Source of the DNA: Bacteroidales bacterium
Lineage (GTDB): Bacteria > Bacteroidota > Bacteroidia > Bacteroidales > UBA932
Direction: 5' to 3'
Assembly (NCBI GenBank): GCA_017451395.1
Contig: JAFSPR010000059.1
Location: 4,543 to 68,542, forward strand
Length of the DNA stretch: 64,000 bases
Shown here one piece after another: positions 17,177-25,084 of the stretch; positions within the stretch are counted from its first letter, which is position 1, and each line of letters opens with the position of its first letter. Below the pieces are notes generated by a model. The model was not told the origin of the DNA and searched no databases. It was given only the letters and a program-made list of their open reading frames with translations. Made by a program: the position numbers and the translations under genes.

Positions 17177-19682
17177 ATTTTACCACGGTGACACCGGCTC
17201 CTCCAAACTGTACGTGCTCGTCCTGGGCCGATACAACGCCCGGAACAGTGCGCAGGTACTTCTGAATCTCCTCCCTCAGGGCACCGGTTCCTTTTCCGTG
17301 CAAAATCCGCACCGAAGGGACGCCTAACATAAGGGCATCGTCAACATATTTCATTACAATTTCCAGGGCGTCCGTCACGCGCTCCCCGCGGACGTCAAGT
17401 TCCGTGGAGAAGTTGGCCTTGCGCTCCCTTATGGCGGTGTCGTAAACCTGCCTGGGGCGCTGGTCCGGAGCCTTGGCAACTGCCTTGTATTCATTTGCGG
17501 TAATGCGCTCTACGCGGTCCAAGGGCAGTTTTGTGGTGATATTGCCCACAATTACCGTGACCGCCTTGGTGCTTACCTTGGAAACTTCTCCCACCATTCC
17601 GTTCTCCTTGATACGGACCTTCTCACCAACCTTGATGGGAGCGCTGCGGAAGGCGGCTTCCTTGCGGGCCTGCTCCTCCTCCTGCTCCATTTGCTTCAGG
17701 GTTTCCCCGCCGGCGCGGCGCTTCTTGCGGGCGTCTTCGCGGGCTTTTCGGTCCTGGACATCCTTGAGTTTACGGTCAATGTACTTTTCCCGTTTGCTGG
17801 TACCTTCTGCCAGGGCTCCAAGGAAGCCCTGAAGTTCTGCCCTTGCGGCCTTTGTCTCCTCTTTCTGGGCCTGGGATTCCTTGATGGCGCGGATGGTTCC
17901 CTCCACGCGTTTATTGGCTTCCTTCACTATTTTTTCGGCCTCTGCGCGGGCCTCTTCAAGGATGCGGCGGCGCATCTCCTTTATCTCCTCAAGTTCCTTC
18001 TCATAGCGGTCCGTGAGGCCCTCGAGGGTTTTATCCGTTGCGCGTATCTTGGAGAGTTTCTCATCCAGGGCGCGGCGGCTCCTGGCAATCTTTCTGAGGT
18101 TCCTCTCAATGCCTACGAACTGCTCTCCGGCGCGCTCCTCAGCGTCGTGAACTATGGTTTCCGGGAGGCCCATCTTTCGGGCCAGTTCAAAGGCGAAGGA
18201 AGAGCCGGGAAGGCCCTGCTCCAGGACGAAGAGAGGTGCCACCGTGGCGGCGTCAAACTGCATTGCGCCGTTTATGACGCCGGATTCTGCGGCCGATGCA
18301 TACAGTTTGAGGTTGGTATAGTGGGTGGTGATTACGCCATACGCTCCGCGGGTGTCGAGTTCGTGAAGGATGGCTTCCGCTATGGCGCCGCCGGCCGCGG
18401 GTTCCGTTCCGCCGCCGAATTCGTCTATGAGAACCAGCGTCTTTGAATCGGCTACGCTGAGCATTGCTTTCATATCCGTAAGGAAGGAACTGTAGGTGGA
18501 AAGGTCGTTTTCCAGGGATTGGTCGTCTCCTATAGACACCATTATACGGTCAAATACCGGCAGTTCCGACGTTTCCGATGTAGGGATGAGCATCCCCCAC
18601 TGGAACATATACTGCAGAAGGCCGGTGGTTTTTAGGCACACGCTCTTTCCGCCGGCGTTGGGGCCGGAGATAAGGAGGATGCGTTTTGCGGGCGTGAGGG
18701 TTATGGTAAGCGGCACAATGGCCTTTTTCTCACGCTTAAGGGACTTTTCCAAAAGGGGATGGCGGGCTTTACGGAGCCTCAGGGCGCCGTCCTCGCTCAC
18801 AACCGGCATTCCGGCAATGTAACTGAGGGCAACATTGGCCTTTGCCATGATGAAATCCAGTTCTCCAAGGAGGCGGGCCCCGTCAATGAGTTCCGGCACA
18901 AAGGGCCTCAGGAACTCTGCGAACTCATAGAGGATCTTTGCTATCTCGCGGGTTTCGGCAAAGTGGAGTTCGGATATCTCGTTTTGCAGCGCAACAATCT
19001 CTGCGGGCTCCATAAAGGTGGTCTTTCCGGTTGCGCTTTCGTCGTAGACAAAGCCCTGGAAGGCTCTTTTTTTGGCCGATGAAACCGGTATGAGCATCTT
19101 GCCGTCCCTTATTGCTACGGAAGCGTCGGCATCGGCAAAACCCTCCTGCTGCGCCTGCCTCAGGATGGCGTTCATACGCTTGGAAACGTTAATTTCCTTG
19201 TCCTTTATGCTGCGGCGGATCTTGTAGAGTTCGTCGCTGGCGGTGTCCTTGATTTCCCCGTGGCGGTCAAGGATGGAGTCTATCCGCTGCATTACCTCCG
19301 CGGGGGCGCTTATCCCTGCCGCCATATGCTGGAGGTTGGGGTAGATGCCTTCCTTGACGGTGTGGAAGAAGTGGAGGGCCTTCCTTAAGGTGTCCAGGAG
19401 TGTGCGGAGTTTTCCAAGGGACAGGAGGTCTATTGAGGCATTTTTGCCGATAGGTTCCAGGAACGGGATGGCGTCTATGTAGCCGGAGGTGGGGAAGCCG
19501 TCCTCGAACATAAGGATGAGGCGCATCTCGTCAGTGAGAAGATGCCTTCTGTGGATTTCCTCCGGGATGGTGGAGAATTCCTCCGTCCCAACCCTGTCCG
19601 AGGCGTATTCCGTGCAGCAGCGGGCGCTTATATCGGCCCTAACCTTATCAAAGCCAAGTTTGGCCTCCAGCCTGTGATCCAT
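17169..19682 (-). CDS. mutS2: MutS2-family ATPase/endonuclease
   Basis: ISGPNAGGKS Walker A, LIDEFGGGTEP, TTHY, coiled coil, C-terminal Smr (LDVRG...ILHGKGTG). Confidence 0.93.
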   Translation of the reverse strand: MDHRLEAKLGFDKVRADISARCCTEYASDRVGTEEFSTIPEEIHRRHLLTDEMRLILMFEDGFPTSGYIDAIPFLEPIGKNASIDLLSLGKLRTLLDTLRKALHFFHTVKEGIYPNLQHMAAGISAPAEVMQRIDSILDRHGEIKDTASDELYKIRRSIKDKEINVSKRMNAILRQAQQEGFADADASVAIRDGKMLIPVSSAKKRAFQGFVYDESATGKTTFMEPAEIVALQNEISELHFAETREIAKILYEFAEFLRPFVPELIDGARLLGELDFIMAKANVALSYIAGMPVVSEDGALRLRKARHPLLEKSLKREKKAIVPLTITLTPAKRILLISGPNAGGKSVCLKTTGLLQYMFQWGMLIPTSETSELPVFDRIMVSIGDDQSLENDLSTYSSFLTDMKAMLSVADSKTLVLIDEFGGGTEPAAGGAIAEAILHELDTRGAYGVITTHYTNLKLYASAAESGVINGAMQFDAATVAPLFVLEQGLPGSSFAFELARKMGLPETIVHDAEERAGEQFVGIERNLRKIARSRRALDEKLSKIRATDKTLEGLTDRYEKELEEIKEMRRRILEEARAEAEKIVKEANKRVEGTIRAIKESQAQKEETKAARAELQGFLGALAEGTSKREKYIDRKLKDVQDRKAREDARKKRRAGGETLKQMEQEEEQARKEAAFRSAPIKVGEKVRIKENGMVGEVSKVSTKAVTVIVGNITTKLPLDRVERITANEYKAVAKAPDQRPRQVYDTAIRERKANFSTELDVRGERVTDALEIVMKYVDDALMLGVPSVRILHGKGTGALREEIQKYLRTVPGVVSAQDEHVQFGGAGVTVVKFE

Positions 19683-19685
19683 TTC

Positions 19686-20504
19686 CTATGCTTCCTCCTT
19701 GGCTAACAGAGTGTGGGCCAGAATGGACCTCAACTCCTCTATATTCTTTATTGTCTGGATTTCTCCTCCGTGGACGTATGACACGTTTCCGGTTTCCTCA
19801 GATACCACAACTACGTCTGCGTCAGTGTCTTCAGTTACGCCGATGGCTGCGCGGTGCCTCATCCCGTAATTGGCAGGGATGTCCCTTCTGGCGGTCATGG
19901 GGAGTTGGCAGCGTGCAGCAACTATGCGGTCTCCCACTATTATCATCGCGCCGTCGTGAAGGGGGGAGTTCTTGAAGAAGATGTTCATGATGAGGCGGCG
20001 GTTAATCTCCGCTTCAAAGGCATCTCCGGTGGCTTTGTACTCATCCAGGTCACTCTTGTGCTGGAGCACTATGAGGGCGCCGGTTTTCTCCGCGGCCATG
20101 GCCCTCACGGCCTCCGAGAGTTCCACCACGGACTGAGAGCCCATGGATTCCTCCTTTATGCCCATCAGTTTGTTGAATATCTCACCGCTCCTTCTGGAGA
20201 GGCCGGACTGAACGGCCACGCGGTTGAGGAGGTGACGGATTTCCGGCTGGAAAAGTATGATTATGGCAAGCACGCCAACATCCAGGAGTGCCCCCAGCAG
20301 GGCGCTCATCATCCTCATATTGAGGGCCTTCACCAGCGCCTGCAGAATGAGCAGCACCGCCAGGATGAGAACTATGTTGAGGATACCGGAGTCCTTTCTT
20401 ATGCTTCTGATGAGGAAAAAGATGATGAGAGCCACCATCAGGATATCCAGGATATCCGCCCACCCGAAACTCAAAAAACTAAATATTCCCAGTACACTAA
20501 TCAT
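19686..20504 (-). CDS. cdaA: Diadenylate cyclase (membrane-bound)
   Basis: Three N-terminal TM helices, FQPEIR, PLHDGA and GMRHRAA DAC motifs. Confidence 0.92.
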   Translation of the reverse strand: MISVLGIFSFLSFGWADILDILMVALIIFFLIRSIRKDSGILNIVLILAVLLILQALVKALNMRMMSALLGALLDVGVLAIIILFQPEIRHLLNRVAVQSGLSRRSGEIFNKLMGIKEESMGSQSVVELSEAVRAMAAEKTGALIVLQHKSDLDEYKATGDAFEAEINRRLIMNIFFKNSPLHDGAMIIVGDRIVAARCQLPMTARRDIPANYGMRHRAAIGVTEDTDADVVVVSEETGNVSYVHGGEIQTIKNIEELRSILAHTLLAKEEA

Positions 20505-20605
20505 AGGATTACAAATATAGCAATTTTATTGCTATGCCACAAGCGGATTTTGCTGCTGCCGTTCATCCCCGCACCGGTCAGAAGTTTTCCCCTCCCCGTT
20601 CCCCA

Positions 20606-20730
20606 CTATGGTAATGCCGATGCGGTGTGGCTTAATGTTCTGTTACTCAGTTGCTTGTAAGGTCTTTTGGGATTATTGGTAATCCTATACACTCTCATAA
20701 CCGCCTGTCTGTCAATGGCTTAACCTCCAC
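20606..20730 (+). repeat. 125-bp box-40bp-box element, core type A
   Basis: Tail GTAATGCCGATGCGGTG, boxes 20633-20657 and 20698-20722, ends CCTCCAC. Confidence 0.8.
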
Positions 20731-20780
20731 CGGCAACTACCCACCAGCGGACAGCACATCCCGGATCCACTTGCGGCAAA

Positions 20781-21125
20781 ACCATTGCCCCATCCCGCTG
20801 CGGGAAGCATACTCCAGACCCGCGGGCGGCTACACCATTGCCCCATTCCGCTGCGGGAAGCATTGGTGTCAAAACCCTTCGTTCGCTTCGCTCACTTTGT
20901 CCCTCCCGTTTGCCCGTGCAGGGCACGGCCTCCGGGCCCCTCCCGCTCATGAAGCCGCGGGCGGCTACACCATTGTCCCATCCCGCTGCGGGAAGCATTG
21001 GTGTCAAAACCCTTCGTTCGCTTCGCTCACTTTGTCCCTCCCGTTCGCCCGTGCAGGGCACGGCCTCCGGGCCCCTCCCGCTCATGAAGCCGCGGGCGGC
21101 TACAGGTTTTGACACCAACGCTTCC
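20781..21125 (+). repeat. CCCTCCC-family palindromic element with 135-bp tandem duplication
   Basis: CGCGGGCGGCTACA recurs at 20821, 20956 and 21091. Inverted termini GGAAGCATTGGTGTCAAAACC (20991-21011) / GGTTTTGACACCAACGCTTCC (21105-21125). Confidence 0.85.
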
Positions 21126-21138
21126 TCTCCGCTTGTGG

Positions 21139-21242
21139 GGGCAACGAAACGCACAAAAACGGCCGAAAACGTGTAAATCATTGACCAAATGGGCAATGAA
21201 ACGCACAAATAACGCCAAAAACGTGTAAGTCATTGCCCTGAA
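21139..21242. repeat. Tandem dimer of a 52-bp palindromic unit
   Basis: GGGCAAYGAAACGCACAAA...AAAACGTGTAARTCATTGMCC starting at 21139 and 21191. Confidence 0.78.
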
Positions 21243-21262
21243 ACCTCTGCGGAGGTTGTATC

Positions 21263-21445
21263 GTCGCAGGTGGTGGCCCGTTTCGTCGCAGGTCAGTGGT
21301 GTTTTCGTTGCAGGTGGTGGCCCGTTTCGTCGCAGGTCTGTGTTTTTGGCGTCACCTGCGACGCATATCGGCCTCAGGAGCAAAATAACGTCGCAGGTCC
21401 GGCGTTTTTTGCAGACCTGCGACACTTCGGCGTGGGACCTGCGAC
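21263..21445. repeat. 22-bp-phased GTCGCAGGT array, copy 1
   Basis: Forward motif at 21263, 21285, 21307, 21329, 21390; reverse motif at 21354, 21415, 21437. Confidence 0.85.
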
Positions 21446-21465
21446 GTCTTTGGCCCCGTGACATT

Positions 21466-21500
21466 TGCAACCCGGTTGCAGAAACCTTCCCGTACCTTTG
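21466..21500 (+). promoter_or_regulatory. Promoter of metal ATPase with palindromic operator
   Basis: TGCAAC-CCG-GTTGCA (21466-21480) upstream of -7 box TACCTTTG (21493-21500); candidate metalloregulator site. Confidence 0.6.
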
Positions 21501-21521
21501 CATCAGAAAAACACACCAGAT

Positions 21522-23723
21522 ATGGAAAAACTTCATCATACAGACCACCACTGCGAGTGCCACGTGCACCACGAAGAGCACAGTGAGCATCATCACGGGG
21601 CCCACGAAGATCATAACCACGGCGACCACGGCCACGACTGTGAGTGCCACGGGCATCAAGAAGCCCACGAAGAGCACCATCACGGCCACGACTGTGAGTG
21701 CCACGGGCATCAAGAAGCCCACGAAGAGCACCATCACGACCACGACTGTGACTGCCACGGGCATCAAGAAGCCCACGAAGAGCACCATCACGACCACGAC
21801 TGTGACTGCCACGAGGGCCATCATCATCACGGTCACGAACATCATCATCACCACCACCACGGGGAAGAAGAGGGCCACGGCCGTCTTGTCAAAATCATAG
21901 TGGCCTCGGTGCTTCTTGTTGCAGCCTGGCTCATTGAACGTAACACCCCCTCCTGGGCAACCTGGCAGCATCTTCTCATTTTCCTTGTGCCTTACCTCAT
22001 TGTTGGCTTTGATACCCTTAAGGAAGCGGCCGAGGGGCTCCTTCACGGGGAGGCCCTAAGCGAGGATTTCCTTATGAGTATCGCAACCCTTGGCGCCCTT
22101 GCCATAGGCTTTATGCCAGGGGCGGAATCCCAGTTCCCGGAGGCTGTCTTCGTGATGCTGTTCTTCCAGGTGGGAGAACTCTTTGAGGAGATGGCCGAGG
22201 GCCGGAGCCGGAAGTCCATCGAGCATCTTATGGACATCCGCCCGGACAGCGCGCGTGTGGAAAGGGACGGCAAACTGACCGTGGTGAAACCGGAAGATGT
22301 TACCCCCGGGGAAATCATCCTCATCCAGCCGGGAGAGAAAGTGCCGATGGACGGTGTTGTGCTTGAGGGTACTTCAAGCCTTGATACTGTGGCGCTTACG
22401 GGTGAGAGCGTGCCGCGGTCTATCGGCCCGGATGACGAAATCCTTTCCGGCTGCGTGAACCTCACTGGCGTACTGAGAGTGCGCACCACCAGGGCATTTG
22501 GCGAGTCCACTGCCGCGAAGATCCTGGACCTTGTGGAGAACGCCGCCGAGAGCAAGTCCCGCAGCGAGAGTTTCATCACCAAGTTTGCCCGCATCTACAC
22601 GCCTATAGTGGTGGCACTGGCGATGCTGGTGGCCGTCATTCCCGGCCTAATCACCGGAGAATGGGTCACCTGGATATACAGGGGCCTCCTGTTCCTGGTG
22701 GTTTCCTGCCCGTGCGCCCTTGTGATCTCCGTGCCGCTTACCTTCTTCGGCGGCCTTGGCGGAGCGTCACGTAAGGGCATACTCATCAAGGGCTCCAACC
22801 TTATGGACACCCTCGCGCGGGTAAAAACCGTAGTATTTGACAAGACCGGCACTCTCACCGAAGGTGTCTTTGAGGTTACCGCCGTTCACCCGGAAGTGGT
22901 TGACAGCAAGGAACTTCTGCACCTTGCCGCCCACGTGGAGCGCCATTCCACCCACCCTATCGCGATGGCCCTCAGGAACGCCTATCCGGATGAGGCCGAC
23001 GACTGCGAGGTTGGCTCCATCGAGGAAACCGCCGGCCACGGAGTAAGGGCCGTTGTGAACGGCAGGAAGATAGCCGTGGGCAACAGCCAGCTTATGGAGG
23101 CCGAAGGCGCCGCCTGGCACCCCTGCCATCACAGCGGCACCATCATTCACGTGGCAATAGACGGCGTCTACGCCGGGCACATCGTCATTTCAGACCGCAT
23201 AAAGGCCGATTCTGCCAGCGCCATAGAGGCCCTGAAGGCCGCGGGCGTACAGGAGACGGTGATGCTCACCGGAGACCAGGAGAGCGTGGCGGCGGCGGTG
23301 GCATCGGCCCTGAAACTGGACAGGTACCACGCGGAACTTCTGCCCGCCGACAAAGTCTCCCGCGTTGAGGCTCTCCTTCCCGACGGCCCGCTGGCGTTTG
23401 TGGGCGACGGCATCAACGACGCCCCCGTCCTCACCAGGGCCGATGTCGGCATAGCGATGGGCGCCCTTGGCTCCGACGCAGCCATCGAGGCCGCAGACGT
23501 GGTGCTGATGGACGACAAGCCCTCCAAGATTGCCACGGCAATAGGCATCGCCCGCCGCACAATACGCATCGCCAGGGAGAACATCTGGTTCGCAATCGGC
23601 ATAAAAGTCCTGGTGCTTGTGCTTGCCACTTTGGGCCTTGCAACTATGTGGATGGCCGTTTTTGCCGATGTTGGCGTTACGGTCCTTGCCGTCCTCAACG
23701 CCATGCGCGCGCTGAAGGCCTAG
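21522..23723 (+). CDS. Heavy-metal P1B-type ATPase (Zn/Cd/Co, ZntA/CadA-like) with His/Cys-rich N-terminus
   Basis: LTGES, SCPCAL, DKTGTLT, STHP, GDGINDAP. Start set at ATG 21522. Confidence 0.93.
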   Translation: MEKLHHTDHHCECHVHHEEHSEHHHGAHEDHNHGDHGHDCECHGHQEAHEEHHHGHDCECHGHQEAHEEHHHDHDCDCHGHQEAHEEHHHDHDCDCHEGHHHHGHEHHHHHHHGEEEGHGRLVKIIVASVLLVAAWLIERNTPSWATWQHLLIFLVPYLIVGFDTLKEAAEGLLHGEALSEDFLMSIATLGALAIGFMPGAESQFPEAVFVMLFFQVGELFEEMAEGRSRKSIEHLMDIRPDSARVERDGKLTVVKPEDVTPGEIILIQPGEKVPMDGVVLEGTSSLDTVALTGESVPRSIGPDDEILSGCVNLTGVLRVRTTRAFGESTAAKILDLVENAAESKSRSESFITKFARIYTPIVVALAMLVAVIPGLITGEWVTWIYRGLLFLVVSCPCALVISVPLTFFGGLGGASRKGILIKGSNLMDTLARVKTVVFDKTGTLTEGVFEVTAVHPEVVDSKELLHLAAHVERHSTHPIAMALRNAYPDEADDCEVGSIEETAGHGVRAVVNGRKIAVGNSQLMEAEGAAWHPCHHSGTIIHVAIDGVYAGHIVISDRIKADSASAIEALKAAGVQETVMLTGDQESVAAAVASALKLDRYHAELLPADKVSRVEALLPDGPLAFVGDGINDAPVLTRADVGIAMGALGSDAAIEAADVVLMDDKPSKIATAIGIARRTIRIARENIWFAIGIKVLVLVLATLGLATMWMAVFADVGVTVLAVLNAMRALKA
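21627..21810 (+). repeat. 54-bp coding tandem repeat (about 3.4 copies)
   Basis: Unit H(G/D)HDC(E/D)CHGHQEAHEEHH starts at 21627, 21681, 21735, 21789. Confidence 0.9.
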
Positions 23724-24433
23724 GCTTCCACCATTGCAAGCGTTGCAACCGATATCCTTACGGAGGGCCCCAGGGCTCTCCGTAGTGTTATCCAGCACTC
23801 GGAAAGCGTTGCGCCGGTGGTGAACGTGTCATCCACCACCAGGATATGTCCGGCGGGGATCCTGTGCCTCACCCTGAAGGCGCCGCTGATGTTCCGGAGC
23901 CGCTCGTTGGCATCCAGGGTGGTCTGGGTGTGGGTGCTCCGTCCCCTTTTCAGAACGTCCGTACGGAGATTGGCTCCCAGCGCCTTGGCCAGTTCCGCCG
24001 CAATAACCTCCGCCTGATTGTACCCGCGGCTGAACTTCCGCCGCCAGTGAAGGGGCACGGGAATCACCGTATCCACGTCCTTGAAGTGTTGCACTCCGGA
24101 AAGTTCCGTCCCGAGAAGAGAGGCGAACCATCGGCCCGCCGCAATGTTCCCGCCGTACTTAAGCGCCTGAGGGATACGCTTGTAGGGGTTCTCATTGTGG
24201 TAGTAGAGAAGCGAGGCCGCATAGGAGTACTCCATCTTCTCATCAGGTGCCCTTATCCGCTCCAGCGTGGCGTTGAAGCGGTCGGCCATAATGTTGTGGG
24301 GCTGTTCCCACGTGTAGGTAAGGGGAAGGTCCGCGGCGCACCAGATGCACAGTTGCTCCTCCCTTGCTCCAAGCCTTCTGCCGCATACGATGCACTCCCG
24401 CGGCAGCAGTAAATCTGTGAGTTCACGTATCAT
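23720..24433 (-). CDS. ComF-family phosphoribosyltransferase-like protein
   Basis: N-terminal CxxC...CxxC, PVPLHW, RGYNQA, LVVDDTFTTGAT. Confidence 0.9.
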   Translation of the reverse strand: MIRELTDLLLPRECIVCGRRLGAREEQLCIWCAADLPLTYTWEQPHNIMADRFNATLERIRAPDEKMEYSYAASLLYYHNENPYKRIPQALKYGGNIAAGRWFASLLGTELSGVQHFKDVDTVIPVPLHWRRKFSRGYNQAEVIAAELAKALGANLRTDVLKRGRSTHTQTTLDANERLRNISGAFRVRHRIPAGHILVVDDTFTTGATLSECWITLRRALGPSVRISVATLAMVEA

Positions 24434-24465
24434 AGGTGCAAATATAAAAAACCACGCCGAGGCGG

Positions 24466-24590
24466 GTGGGGGTTAAGTAGCTGAAACACAATGTGTTATG
24501 GAATCATTTGGGATTACCGGTAATCCCAAACAATCCTGTAAGTGGCTGAGCAGCAGCTTATTAAGCTCCACCGCATCGGCATTACAATAG
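24466..24590 (-). repeat. 125-bp box-40bp-box element, core type A
   Basis: Boxes 24474-24498 and 24539-24563; core TTTGGGATTACCGGTAATCCCAAA; tail CACCGCATCGGCATTACAATAG. Confidence 0.82.
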
Positions 24591-24695
24591 GGGGGGGGGA
24601 AGGGGCATTGCGGTAGGGGTTCCGCCGGGCCCAAGCCCCACGCAGTTGCAAACCCGCCAAAAAAATGGTATTTTTGTAGACTAAAGAATTGAGTT

Positions 24696-25007
24696 ATGGC
24701 CAGTCTGTTCAATTTTGGATTCTTCGGGAACCAGCCCCACAGGGTTTTCAACTACAAACCCCGCTACTATGACCCAGAAGAAGAAAAGCGCAAGGCAATG
24801 TTCGGAGACGTAGATGGCAGCAACGAAGCCGCCAAGAAAGACGGCACCTACGTCCCCGGCAGCAGCCTCCGCGGCGCCTTCCGCAACGGCAACTATATGA
24901 AAACCCGTTCCGATATGCGTGCCGCCCATACAGTCATCACCATCATCACCCTGGTCCTCATTGTGGCAGTCCTCATTTTTATGGCCAAATTCTTTGAACT
25001 TTTGTAA
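24696..25007 (+). CDS. Small hypothetical protein with C-terminal TM helix
   Basis: FNYKPRYYDPEEE motif, hydrophobic C-terminus, -7 box near 24669. Confidence 0.75.
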   Translation: MASLFNFGFFGNQPHRVFNYKPRYYDPEEEKRKAMFGDVDGSNEAAKKDGTYVPGSSLRGAFRNGNYMKTRSDMRAAHTVITIITLVLIVAVLIFMAKFFELL

Positions 25008-25084
25008 CAGTGTAAGGTCCCATTCCCTCCAAAACCTATGGCCACCCTCGGTAATCAACGTAGTGACCTGAAACGTTTGATAAT

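Noticed and set aside
20991-21125. CCCTCCC element as an HDV-like ribozyme
   Set aside because: Superficial CCUCC similarity only; I could not build the nested double pseudoknot by eye. Left for a covariance search.
21263-21445. GTCGCAGGT arrays as a CRISPR array (also 53476-53724)
   Set aside because: Repeat is only 9-11 bp, spacers are 13 bp, orientation flips mid-array, and no cas genes are present.
20651-22046. ORFs 20651..21112, 20720..21208, 20838..21176, 21027..22046, 21256..21900
   Set aside because: Open frames arise from GC-rich tandem repeats and alternate frames of the His-rich ATPase repeat.
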